Source: Camelus ferus (Eukaryota). Taken from it: a stretch of 64,000 nt of DNA. Position 1 is the first letter of the stretch. Each line of letters begins with the position of its first letter. The notes under the pieces are model-generated. The model was not told the origin of the DNA. It was given only the letters and a program-made list of their open reading frames with translations, and did no database searches. A program made the position numbers and the translations under genes. The stretch is from NCBI RefSeq assembly GCF_009834535.1, contig NC_045696.1, positions 49,664,001-49,728,000 of the forward strand, written 5' to 3'. This document shows positions 1-10,939 of this stretch, piece by piece.

Positions 1-95
1 GTGCACCAGAAATTAACACATTGTAAACCAACTGTACTTCAAAAACATAAAATAAAATAAAATACATTGATCGAAATGTTAAAAAAAAAAAAAAG
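1..95 (+). mobile_element. LINE-1 3' terminus with A-rich tail (cetartiodactyl/camelid type), truncated by window start
   Basis: ccagaaattaacacattgtaaaccaactgtacttc followed by an A-rich tail; same terminal motif as the L1 ends at 5093, 27291 and 34886. Confidence 0.75.
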
Positions 96-1097
96 AATAT
101 GAAATCAAATCTTCCTATTTAAAAAAATATATTTTAATATTACTTTTTAAAACATAACTTTTTAAAACCACAAGGGCTGGTGGTTCAGATTAAGTAGTCA
201 GTACAGAGTAGACATTTAACAAATGTTCCTTTCTTCCAAGACCAGGTGCACAATTTATAGGGCATTTTGTTCAAAAATGATGAAGAATTTCGAGCTAGCT
301 ACAACAAAGCATTCAACCAAACCTGCGCCTTTCAGAGCATGGGGCCCGTGCGACTATCACACAGTTCTCAGGCTCATGATGCAGGGTCCCTCCCTCCTTT
401 TACCTAAGTTCCTAGAAGACCCTAGAGGCAGAATCCAAACAAGAACCCAGATCTCCTCAGACCCTGCTTCATGCCTTGTGCTATTCAGATTTAGAACAAA
501 ACCCAACTAAAGTGGTAATTTATGTAATGCTTTTTAAAATTTTCCTGCACACAACTGCACAGTCATTTTAAGAAATGTACAAAATCACATTATGTCAGTT
601 GCTCAAGTAGTTAAATAATCCAGGCCTTTAGGCAATGCAGTGGGTCATGGATTCTGCCTTTCACATTTTCATTTTTTGCATATTATAAAAAACAATTGAA
701 TTTATAGTGCTATTTTTTTAAAAATGATTACAATAAGAAAGCTCATACTGTATTTGATTACAATACAAAAGCCCTACAGATGGCAGAAAAGCATGCTTCT
801 AACGAGGTGCTGGTACACTCAGCTCTTACCTGTGTAGAGAAACAATGGTCAAAATTTAAAAACTCATAAATAATCCATTAACCTAAATTTGTTTTTTTAA
901 CTGAGGGGATAAGACAGTATAATATTTATTTGTCTATATAAATGAATAAATGTATGCCTTTATTTGTTCATGGAATAAATGTGAGTCAATACATGCCAAG
1001 AGCTTAGGACAAGGCTGGTTCTCCATAGGTGTTCCGTGACAAGTCGTGCTGTTGGAAAAGTGGGTGATGATGGAAAAGTGAATGACTAAATAAAGAA

Positions 1098-1490
1098 CCA
1101 CAATGGAATGTTATTCTGCTATAAAAAGGAACAAAATACTGATACATGTTACAACATGGATGAAACTGGAAAACATGCTGAGTAAGAGAAGCCAGACACA
1201 AAAGGCCACATATTGTGTGATTCCATTTATATAAAAAGTTCAGAATAGGCAAGTCCTTAGAGGCATAAAGTGGATTAGTGGTTGCCAGGGGCAGGGAAGA
1301 GGGAGGAGTGGAGAGTATGGATTCTCATGGGTATGGATGTTTGGGGTTTCTTCATGTGATCAAGGTGTCCTGGAATTAGAAAGTGTTGATGATTGTGCAA
1401 CCCTGTGTGTGTACTAAAAACTATTGAATGGTACTGTTTAAAAAGGGTGGGATTCTATAGTATGTAAATTATACCTCAATTTTTTAAGTT
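1098..1490 (+). mobile_element. Old LINE-1 (L1MB-like) 3' end
   Basis: caatggaatgttattctgctataaaaaggaac...agaagccagacacaaaaggccacatattgtgtgattccatttata...gtaaattatacctcaat matches the L1M 3' UTR pattern. Confidence 0.8.
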
Positions 1491-1514
1491 TTTAAAATAA
1501 CTAAACCAAGATGG

Positions 1515-1612
1515 AGACTAACTTACTAAAGATCAAATATTTAGTAAGTGGAATTCTGAGTCAAACACCAGGACTTCCGGCTCCTACCTAGGGCTTTCCC
1601 AGTCTATCAGGC
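1515..1612 (-). mobile_element. MIR SINE fragment
   Basis: Degenerate reverse-complement MIR head (acttactaaagatc...tagtaagtgg...aacaccaggacttccggctcc). Confidence 0.5.
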
Positions 1613-1669
1613 TGCTGCCCAGAAATTTGCAGAGCACCACCAGCCCTCTCTAAGGTGCCATGGACCTAG

Positions 1670-1995
1670 TGAGGCGGGAAGCCCCATAAAAAGACTGGCA
1701 GGACCCCTAGGCAGGGCCGCTGCTCTCCTCCCACTAGCGTCCGGTTTGCTGGCCCAGAGGCTTTATCTCACTTTTTGCCTCTAAAGCGGCTAACTTACAC
1801 CTAGAATTCTATTGGTTCCCTGAGCTCACTTCTGATTGGTTATTTCCCTCACTCCTGATTGGATATTACTCTCACTTCTGATTGGTCCACTTCCCTAACT
1901 TCTGATTGGCCCATTTGTAGTACTTTATTTGCATATGATGTTGCAAAGTGTAAAACTGGCAGCCTATAAAAGGCCTGTGTAAACCTACAGATGCA
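1670..1995 (+). mobile_element. ERV LTR U3-like fragment with tandem CCAAT boxes, octamer and TATA box
   Basis: Starts TG (tgaggcgggaa); five ATTGG at 1811, 1835, 1858, 1881, 1905 in ~23-24 bp repeat units; ATTTGCAT 1927-1934; TATAAAA 1965-1971; no poly(A) signal or U5 seen. Confidence 0.7.
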
Positions 1996-3494
1996 ATTTC
2001 TGCAAGGATAGTACTTACGTGTAGGAAACCAGGTGGACCATGGTGTTCACCCAGAGGAGGCTGCTCTTTGACTCCCGAGGCTCTGATCTGTGAGGGGTGC
2101 AGTACAAAGCAGGGTAGAGAAAAAGCAAGGGGAGAGCACCTTCCAAGAGGTTCCTCATTTTCCCTCCATCATCCTAGACATCTCCCTAGTAGCCCTTGTA
2201 TCTCAGGTCTTTCTTGAGAATCCAGGATAGCTAGCAATATCCCTGTTGTGCCTCTGCTATATTCCGTGGTACCTTAGAATATTTATTTCCTATTTTTTCA
2301 AGTCTAATTTATTTCTAGGCTAGCATAGAGCAAGACGACCTATAAACTCTTGTGAAATGCTTGGTATTTGTCCTTCAGGACAAATAAGCCTATTTTGGCT
2401 ATAACAAAATAACAACAATCACAGTTTGTCCTTGCTTATGAGTGATATGTGAAAGTTTCCTAAGGTTTCTTCTATTTTGTACACACATTCATTTGTCACA
2501 GCAGAGTGAGGCAAGCATCATCCGTTACCTCTCTTCTAAAGCAAAAAAAGATAAAAAATAAAAAATAAACGTAGCACTAAAACCTCTATTTTCTAACTCA
2601 TTTTATTTTCCTTTCTTCTCCCCTACCAAGGGGCTCAAGCAGTCTTTCTTATGCTTAACTTTTTGCACAAAGGTTGGAGTAAAGTATAAGGGAGGTGAGT
2701 GAATGGGGACATGTGGTTTTTGTCCTCCCAGGAAAAGCTAAAGGTTATGGTCCTAGCTCTCAAAGATAGACAATCAATCATAGTTAAAATGGCAACATGT
2801 CACTGGAAAAGGAAAGGAAAAGCAAAACTATCAAATAAAGCAGATATGTAATATCAGGTGACACCAAGGAGAGGAAACATTTAACTCGACACGTGTGTAG
2901 GAGATTTTTATACAAAAAGTTTTATACTCATCTCCAGGCACACACACACAAAAAAAGCAGAAGTGTCTACGTGCTCGTTGTTGTTGCATACTCATCACTC
3001 TTACTTTGAAATCAGCAGCCATTCCTTGATGTATATATTAACTGGGAGTGGAATTTGGGAGAACGCTGAAGAACAAAAGGTCCACCTTTAAGCTGTGAAG
3101 CAGAAATCATAGGCAACCAGCCAAAATTTATGTGGTTCTTCAACTTTTGGTCAGGATCAGAATGCCTCTCCCTCACTGACTGACAAGGAATGGAATGTAA
3201 GGTTGTGACTCATGGGTTCTCTGCAATCCTGAGATTGGCTCCGTTCTAACCAAACCTCTTGGATTCCTCTTAGCCCCAGTCTGTTGAGCCTCCCTGAGGA
3301 CCATTCCCCATGCACTCACAGAACTCCTGTGATAGCTCAGTGACAGTCCCACCCTCATCTGCCCGTCAGCCCTGGAATTTGAACTGTGAGAACACGTTGA
3401 TTCCCGACTCAGGCACTTGAACCAGTTATCAGTGAACTCAGGATAATGAAGTGGGACAACCTCCCACCACCCAGCAAACAGTGGCTGATATATG

Positions 3495-3720
3495 GGGTAT
3501 AGGAAATGATGGGCTTTGAAATCAAACAAACTCAGAAGTTTATCTCAACTTTGCCTTGTATTCTATATAGAACTTGAACGAAAACTAGGATTCGTCTCAT
3601 TGAACCCTAGTTTTCTCATCTACAATAATGGAGATGTTAGTGTCTTTCTTTACAAGTGTTATTTTGAAAGAAAGGGAGATAAAGAATAAAAGTTTTCAAT
3701 TTACAAGTATTTCCTAATGA
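3495..3720 (+). mobile_element. MIR SINE
   Basis: gggctttgaaatcaaac...ttttctcatctacaataatggagat core. Confidence 0.6.
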
Positions 3721-3892
3721 ATCTTAGATTCTCCCTTCCTTTTCTAATAATGAGTTCAGGGCAAGCAGTCTCTTGAGAGTGGGGAGGTCCTGAGGGATCA
3801 ATCACAGACCAAATGCACACATTCACAGAAGACATTTGACTTAATTAATCCCCTGAAATGCTTTACAAGGACTTTCTTATCTTCTGTCTATT

Positions 3893-4131
3893 CCAGTGTT
3901 TCTAAACCTTTTGTTCATTACCACGCCCCAAGAGCCTTTATAGACATGTTTTTCCTAATCATCCTCTCTCGCATGAAGTTTAATACCAAATATACTATTA
4001 TATCTGATAATGTACTATATGTATATCTGTGCTTCTTACATTAAAAAAAAAAAGCAAATTTTTTCACCTTCCTCCCAAGAATCAATTTTCATCCCCTTCG
4101 GGGTGATATTACCTCCACTGAAAATAAATGG
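3893..4131. mobile_element. hAT-Charlie non-autonomous DNA transposon (MER112-like)
   Basis: cagtgtttctaaacc terminus; internal aagaatcaattttcatccccttcggggtgatattacc; ends ctgaaaataaatg. Confidence 0.6.
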
Positions 4132-4789
4132 TCTATTCTGTAAAAGTGTTAGAGGATTTATGAGGACATATTTCTTAATGACTGTGGAGGAAGACAGTGT
4201 TGGGATTCTATTTCAGAGCACTCTCCCATAATCTCATAGCTATTAGAATTACAAGAGAGTTGGCCAAGTTTTAACAAAATTTTTATTTCCTATAATTTGC
4301 CACCAAGGTCCAGATCAACATGTCAGAAATAAAGAAAGAAGCCTGGGATGCAAGAAATTAAATGACACTAGGCCCTAACCCTCCGATGTGTGCTTCCCTG
4401 CCTGGGGGACATTGTGACACACCATCTGCAGCTCGAGTACACAGATAATAGGGCTAAACCTCCAGAAATTAGTCTTATGTCAACTGGCACAATGGTTTCT
4501 CCTCTCCTCTATGAAGATGTCCAGACTCTGCCCAACTACACTTTTATTCCCCACTTAAAATTACAGCTGGGATCGCTTTCGTCTTACTGAAGTTTTTATT
4601 GGAGAACTTTACTAGACTGCAGCATTTATTTGAATTTTTTAAATAACTCTGATGACAATTAGTAAGACTTCATTTGTACACAGAGCTTCTAAAAAGTAGG
4701 CCAATTTTTTTTTGAGAAAACCTCAAAATTTCATACTAAAAATTTCATTGAAAAATGGAATTTTGTTACTATAAACAACAGAACACCAA

Positions 4790-5198
4790 AGTTGGTAAAA
4801 TTAAAGATAATAATATAAAAAATGACAAAATAGAACAATACTAAGTCTTGAGGAGGATGTGAAGCAACTAAAACTCTTGTACACTGCTGGTGGAAACCGA
4901 AATGATACAACCACTTTGGAAAACAGCTTGGCATTTTTCTTAACAAGTTAAATATACACTTACCATTTTATCCAGCAAATCTTAGATACAGGTATTTGCC
5001 CAAAAGAAATGAAAACATAAGTCCACACAAGATTTGAGTACAAACGTTTATAGCAGCTTTCTTCATAATAGTGAAGTACAAATTGTGATATACACTACTA
5101 TAAATAAAATAGATAAACAACAAAAACCTATTGTGTAGCACAGGGAACTATATTCAGTATCTTGTAATAACCTATAATGGAAAAGAACCCGAAAAAGA

Positions 5199-5257
<59 letters not shown>

Positions 5258-5700
5258 GCTGAGTCACTTTGCTGTACACCTGAAACTAACACATTGTAAA
5301 TTAACTCTACTTCAATTCTAAAAAAAAGTTTAAAAGAGAGGCTAAAAAAACAAATTGTGATATATTCAATGTAATACAATGTAATACTACTCAGCAATAA
5401 AAAGAACAAATTACTGATAAATGCAACAACATACGTGAGACTCAGAAACAATAGGCTTAGTGAAAGAAGCCAGACACAAAAGAATACACATTGTTTGATT
5501 CCTTTTTTATGGAACTCTGGTAAAGGCGAATCTAATCTATAGTGACAGAAAGGCGGTCCGTGGTGCCTGGGGCAGGGCTGGTGGAAAGAGGGTTGATCGG
5601 GAAGGACGCAAGGGAACCTGGGGGTGATGGAAATGTCTGTATCTTGATTGTACTAGTGGCATATAGACGTATACTTCTGTCAAGAGTTATCAGCTTAACA
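4790..5700 (+). mobile_element. Old LINE-1 (L1MC/L1MD-like) ORF2 end and 3' UTR, interrupted by a younger L1
   Basis: gaggatgtgaagcaactaaaactcttgtacactgctggtgg...caaccactttggaaaacag; resumes after 5364 with caatgtaatactactcagcaataaaaagaac. Confidence 0.8.
5093..5349 (+). mobile_element. 5'-truncated cetartiodactyl L1 3' end with internal (TA)n(CA)n
   Basis: Perfect 15 bp TSD ACAAATTGTGATATA at 5078-5092 and 5350-5364; tagcacagggaactatattcagtatcttgtaataacctataatgg motif; A-rich tail. Confidence 0.9.
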
Positions 5701-5814
5701 TGGGTGCGTAAAAAAAGTAGGCCAAAATGATAAAGATACAGCAGTGGAAGTTGCCAATTGTGAAAATGCTGCAAGTAGTGTCTATGGAATTATTACAGCA
5801 CAAGTCTCAGTATC

Positions 5815-6105
5815 ACTTTTTATAGCTTTATGAAGCTGCGATTTACATACCATAAAATTCTCCCTTGGGAAGTGCATAGATAGGTGACATTTAGTAAATG
5901 TACACAGTTATGCAACCATCACCACCACCCAGTTTAGAACACACCCATCACGCCAGAGAGCCCCCTCAGGCCTCCTTCCCACTCCCACCCCTGCCCCAGG
6001 CGACCTCCCAGGTGCTCTCCGGATGCTCTTGCCTTTTGTAAAAATTTCATATAAATGGAATTTTACAGAATGTAAAATGTAGTCTTCTGTGACTGGCTTC
6101 TTTTT
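5815..6105 (-). mobile_element. LINE-1 (L1MB/L1ME-like) 3' end
   Basis: atttacataccataaaattc...ttatgcaaccatcaccacc...ttcatataaatggaa...tgtgactggcttcttt. Confidence 0.75.
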
Positions 6106-6144
6106 TGTGTTCTTTTCTTGTTTCTTTTTTCACCTTTTTGTTTT

Positions 6145-6280
6145 CTTAAGATGAAGAAATTCAAGTCCAGAGTGGACGTGGGACTTGCCTGAGGTCATGC
6201 GTTAGTAGCAGACTTAGGACAAGAGCCCACATTAGCTGACTCTCAGTCCAGGACCTTTCCCCGGTGCCACTGCTATTGCC
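6145..6280 (-). mobile_element. MIR SINE
   Basis: agatgaagaaattcaagtccagag...gacttgcctgaggtcatgc. Confidence 0.6.
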
Positions 6281-6289
6281 AGGATATAG

Positions 6290-6505
6290 AAGAAAACCGT
6301 GGCTCAGGAGGTAGATCCGCTGTTCTCTCTCGCTGTGTAGTCTAGGCAACTAACCCAGCTTCTCTGAAGCTAAATTCTCCCGCTTTTAAAATGAGGATAA
6401 CAAAACCCAGTGTGTAACTCTGTTGTGAGGAATAAATTAAGTGTACAAAGTGCATAAGACAGGGCCAGGCAAATATTAAAAAGTTAACAAATGATAGTTA
6501 TGGTT
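6290..6505 (+). mobile_element. MIR SINE
   Basis: taaaatgaggataac...tgttgtgaggaataaatt...gttaacaaatgatagtta. Confidence 0.65.
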
Positions 6506-6770
6506 GACTGGAAAATCATTTAAACCACATCCCATCTTGAGAACAAGGACATAGGGAGGGAAAGTAATGCAAGGTAGTAACTGAAAATTAGGGTCGAACC
6601 ATTGACTTATTTAAAAGAAAAATGAATCCCACAGCTCAAAGACAGTGCCAGTAAAATGGTGAATGCTTCGCTGAAGGTAGCTGACTGAAACATTGCTTTA
6701 TTTTCTTGGTAGGAGGAACAATTTATGAATAATCATTTTTTTTTTCTTGGCCTGATTTTATGCCTAACTC

Positions 6771-6955
6771 AATAGTTCTCAGTCCTGGCTGCACATTAGA
6801 GTCACCTGGGGAGTGTTAAAAATTACCAATGCTTGGGCCCCAGCCCAGAAATTCTGATTTCATTGGTCTGAGGAGCTGCCTGGGCGCTGAGGATTTAAAG
6901 CCCCCCACCCCAACCCCAGCAATGTTAATGAACAGCTATTGTGAAAAAGCCGTGG
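6771..6955. mobile_element. MER5A/B-like hAT-Charlie element
   Basis: ctggctgcacattagagtcacctgggga...ccagaaattctgatttcattggtctg. Confidence 0.75.
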
Positions 6956-8304
6956 CCAGACTGAGAATCTGATTTGTTTCCTGGGATTTAGGGAACAGAT
7001 TCAAAATTGAGGATTAAACTGTCTTTAGAGCACACCACTTTAACACCTTAGGAAGAGGCAAACCGCAGAGCCTGCCCATCCTCCCTGCCCGAGATGTTCC
7101 GTCCGCAAATGGGCTTTCTCAGTTTCCTAAACAGAGCTGGATGTCTGCGCAATCAAGCCTGAGGGCTTTGTATGAATGATACTCGCTGTTTCTGCTCAGA
7201 AAGAGGAGGTTGTCCTCTACCTCCACCTCCACTGACACTGTTCTTTTCACTCCTCAGTCAGAACTGGGTTTTAACATGCATTCCTAAGCATTAAGTGCAT
7301 CTCTCATGAGTAACAGTTATAAGGAGATAAATAAAATCTGCATGAACTGCTGCTCTAATGAAAAAGCTCTCAGTACCCAGAAAGCCTGGACAAGCCTTCC
7401 GCCCTCTCTAGTCTCCCAGTATTTCACTTGTCATTATCACATACATATAAACGATATATCTAATCTTCGAGCAGTATATTTAAATTATATTTCCCAAGAA
7501 AGGTGATGGCGCCGTACATAATTTCCAGAAGGAACTGACAGATGTAATCGAGGAAATGCTATATTAATAAATTATTATCCCCTTCAGAGAAAGTAATGAC
7601 AGACTTACTGACTTACTAATTGGTCAACCGTGGTATTGCCAGGTTGTGACATGACATTGATCATTACCTGGTGAAAAGAGTCGGTGCCTTTGTGTGATGC
7701 TGTGTCTTCCTGGGAAAATCACTAATAAATCCACACAAACCAGAAGTGTCGAGGAGAGTTTTTGCTATGGAATTGAGGGAGAGTTTGTTTAAAGAAAGGA
7801 AAACTACTCTAAATAGTAAAGTAAATATTTTCCTCTGCCTTTGGGTGACCTTATGCTCAACCTCTTCCCTTATGAGAATGCTGTCTCCAAGCCTGTGGTT
7901 TTGTGGCATGTTAGTAATTCTGGAGAGCCTCTCTGTAGTTATGCAATGAACCACTTCCCAGCCACACAAACTCGATTTCCCCTTCTTTTTTCCACAAAAA
8001 CCTATATACGTACTAGCTTCCTCTTTTCTTAAGATGGACTCTCTTTCTTCAATGCCAATATCAGGTCATTGCCCCTGAAATTTCTTTAGTAAGAGTCCTC
8101 ATCCTCATTTCTAAGGCACAGCCTGGCAGGTCTATCAGTTGTATAGAGGCTCTGGTTTCTGGTGGTACTAGGTTAAAAGAGTCACCTTAAGTTCATTGGT
8201 CCAGTCACTTGTAGAGGTTTGAGGACATTAGTCATGATGTAATCAAAGAGATTATACAAATCCAAGACTTTATACTAACCTAAGGCTATTGTATGGTAAA
8301 ATTT

Positions 8305-8410
8305 CACTTACATAAGATAAATAAGTTCTAGAGGTCTTCTGTACAATCCTATGCCTACGGTAAACAATACTGTATTGTTCACTTAAAATTTTTGAAGAGG
8401 TTTAAAAAAA
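8305..8410 (+). mobile_element. L1MA-like 3' fragment
   Basis: ataagataaataagttctagaggtcttctgtacaa...aacaatactgtattg. Confidence 0.65.
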
Positions 8411-8428
8411 GAATATAATGTGACATGA

Positions 8429-8605
8429 AGAGGGAGAGAGTATAGCTCAGTGGTAGAGTTCATGCTTAGCATGCACGAGGTACCGGGTTCAAATCCCCAG
8501 TACTTCCATTAAAATAAATAAGTAGATAAAACTAATTGCCTCTCCCCAAAATAAAAAACAAACAAACAATAAATAAAATATTGTAAAAGTAAAAAATATA
8601 TGTGT
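8429..8605 (+). mobile_element. tRNA-derived SINE, camelid Vic-1-like
   Basis: Pol III A box TAGCTCAGTGG 8443-8453 and B box GGTTCAAATCC 8486-8496; A-rich tail; 16 bp TSD with one mismatch (atataatgtgacatga 8413-8428 / atataatatgacatga 8606-8621). Confidence 0.85.
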
Positions 8606-8834
8606 ATATAATATGACATGACTCTGTGCCTCATCTCATGGCTGGCAATCCCAAGGAACCCCCAGTGGGGTTTTACTGTCCCACCAGTGGGACTCCTCAA
8701 ACAGGGGCTGCACACACCAATCAAAGAGGGTATCTGAGGTGGAAAATGCATGTTCCAGGAAGGGGCCTATCTGGGGCCAGACTACTGTGTTTTCCTGTAC
8801 ATTCCTGAATGCACCAGACCTCCTCTTCATGACG

Positions 8835-9187
8835 GCCTTCGTCTGCTCAGGCTGCCATAACAAAATACCATAGACTGGGTGGTTGGCACATCATTCTGAA
8901 GGCTGGCAAATCTGAGATCAGGAGGCCAGCATAGTGCGTTTCTGATGAGAGCCCTCTTCCTACCTGGCAGACAGCTGCCCTCCTGCTGCGTGCTCACATT
9001 GTAGGGAGGGGAAGCCGGGAGGAGGGACCTCTTCCTCTTCTTGTAAGGCCAGCAATCCTCTTAGGACTTTACCCACATGACCTCTTTAACCTTAATTACC
9101 TCTAAAAGCCCTACCTCCAAATACAGCCACACTGAGGGTTAAGGCATCACCATATGAGTTTAGGGGAACATGATCCAGTCTGTAGCA
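8835..9187 (-). mobile_element. MaLR solo LTR (MLT1A-like)
   Basis: ggctgccataacaaaataccatagactgggtgg...accttaattacctc...cagtctgtagca. Confidence 0.85.
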
Positions 9188-9322
9188 CGACCCAGCAACC
9201 CACACAGAATGTCCCCAAATGCAGAAATCAACATTTTACAAATGCCTCATTTTTGACAACAGAAACTTTTGTCCAAAATAAATTTTGCAAAGATGTCCAG
9301 TATTAAATAAATAAATAAATGG

Positions 9323-10135
9323 AGAGCCCCCACCTCCTCTTAGGGGATAGGTTCCAAAAACCCAGTGGATGCCTGAAACCATGGCTAGGACTGAACCCCA
9401 TATATACTATGTTTTTTCCTATAAAAACATACCTATGATATGTTTAATTTATACATCAGGCACAGTAAGAGAGTAACAAGAATAAAATAATAAACTAGAA
9501 CAATTATAAAATATACTGCAATAAAAGTTATATGAATGTGGTCTCTCTCTGTCAAAAAATCTTACTGTGTAGATTTGATGCCATTTTCATCATAGCTAAG
9601 CACTTACTAGGCACTGTGGCTGTAGCTTTTGCAATTTGAGGTGTGACAGCAGAACCGGCACAAATTTCTTTTTCCTTCTTCACAATTTCACAGATAGAAG
9701 ATCCATTCTTACCATAGATCTTAGCAACCTCAGTATATGACTATTTTTTAAAATTAAGTCAAGAACTTCCACGTTTTCATTTAAAGGGAGAACTTCACGG
9801 TTTTTCTTTGGCAAAATTACCAGATCACTGTGGCTTTTGAGCTTTGGGGCCATTGTTAAGTACAATAAGGGTTACTTGAACACAAGCACTGCGATACCTC
9901 GACAGCCAATCTGATAACCTGGTGGCTACTAAGTGACTAGCAGGCGGGGTATGCTGGACAAAGGGCTGATTCATATTCCAGGCGGGGCAGATAGGAAGGC
10001 ACAAGATCTCATCACACTACTCAAAACAGCGCGCAGTTTCAACCTTGTGAATTGTTTATTTCTAGAATCACCAGGTGACCAGAGGTAACTGAAACGGCGA
10101 GTAACTGAAACAATGGATTGGGGGGGGGGTCGCTG
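9323..10135 (-). mobile_element. TcMar-Tigger element (MER44/Tigger7-derived) with decayed transposase N-terminus
   Basis: MER44-type ends; - strand ORF 9680-9865 MAPKLKS...KNREVLPLNENVEVLDLI resembles the Tigger7 N-terminal HTH region and then frameshifts; TA follows the 10135 end. Confidence 0.85.
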
Positions 10136-10604
10136 TAAATAAATAATGTACTGGGAGATAAGGTTTGAAAATGCGTTCAGCCTGTACAGGTGTGGACAGT
10201 TGTTTCTGCACCAACATAGCTCTGTGAGAAAACACATAGGAGATTTCAAGGAGCTGCCTTCCTGGGCAAATGGCTCAAGGGCACATCCCTTGAAGCCCCC
10301 AGGGCAGACTTCTCCTTGCTGTAAAAGCAGCTGTACCTCTGTGGTTACCATGCAGCAGAGTGGAGCCAACAGGAATCTGGCTGCATGAAGAGACTCAGCC
10401 AGAGGCTGTCTCATCCTGAGTCATCTGGGTATTTTGCAGGGGGATTTAAGCAACTGGTCTAGCAAGTTAAAGCCTCTTGCAAGAATGTACACCTTTTAGC
10501 AGCCTACTGATAAAATCAAAGTACCTGCAAAACGGGAAACTTTGCAAACAAGATGTGCTCTGTGATAGGAGAGTCTGAATCTATCCATCAAATCATAAAG
10601 CAAA

Positions 10605-10712
10605 TGTCTTGGACTGGGGTCAGAACTCTAATCTCATCCACATTTTGCCACCAGTTAGCTTGGCTGGAGAAGTGGCCCAGTTTCCTTATTAGTAAAATAA
10701 GGGGGTGGATTA
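10605..10712 (+). mobile_element. MIR fragment
   Basis: ggactggggtcagaactcta...cccagtttccttattagtaaaataaggg. Confidence 0.5.
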
Positions 10713-10715
10713 AGC

Positions 10716-10939
10716 CAGTGAGTCTCACACGTTAATGTATATAATAATTAGCTGGACAGTTTATTTAATGTGTAGGTTTTCTGATCTGTAACTACCCGTC
10801 ACCCATGCCCCCCCCCCCAAATCTGATTCTGTAGCTTTGTGGCAGGACCCAGGAATCTGCTTTATTTACTGGCAGCCTGTTGATTGCGATAAAGACAGTG
10901 AAGATTCCTCCCCACCCCCACACATGTTGAGAAACACCG
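10716..10939. mobile_element. MER5B-like hAT-Charlie element
   Basis: cagtgagtctca ... ctgattctgtag...ggacccaggaatctgc ... ttgagaaacaccg termini. Confidence 0.6.

Noticed and set aside
812..826. Glucocorticoid-response-like elements (GGTACActcAGCTCT here; AGAACAtctAGTTCA near 58485)
   Set aside because: Two mismatches in one half-site each, one lies inside a MIR, and such matches are expected by chance in 64 kb.
1805..1915. CRISPR-like periodic repeat
   Set aside because: The units are contiguous degenerate tandem copies with no unique spacers, in a mammalian LTR context with no cas genes.
8429..8510. tRNA gene
   Set aside because: The tRNA-like head continues into a SINE body and A-rich tail and is bounded by a TSD, so it is a retroposed SINE.
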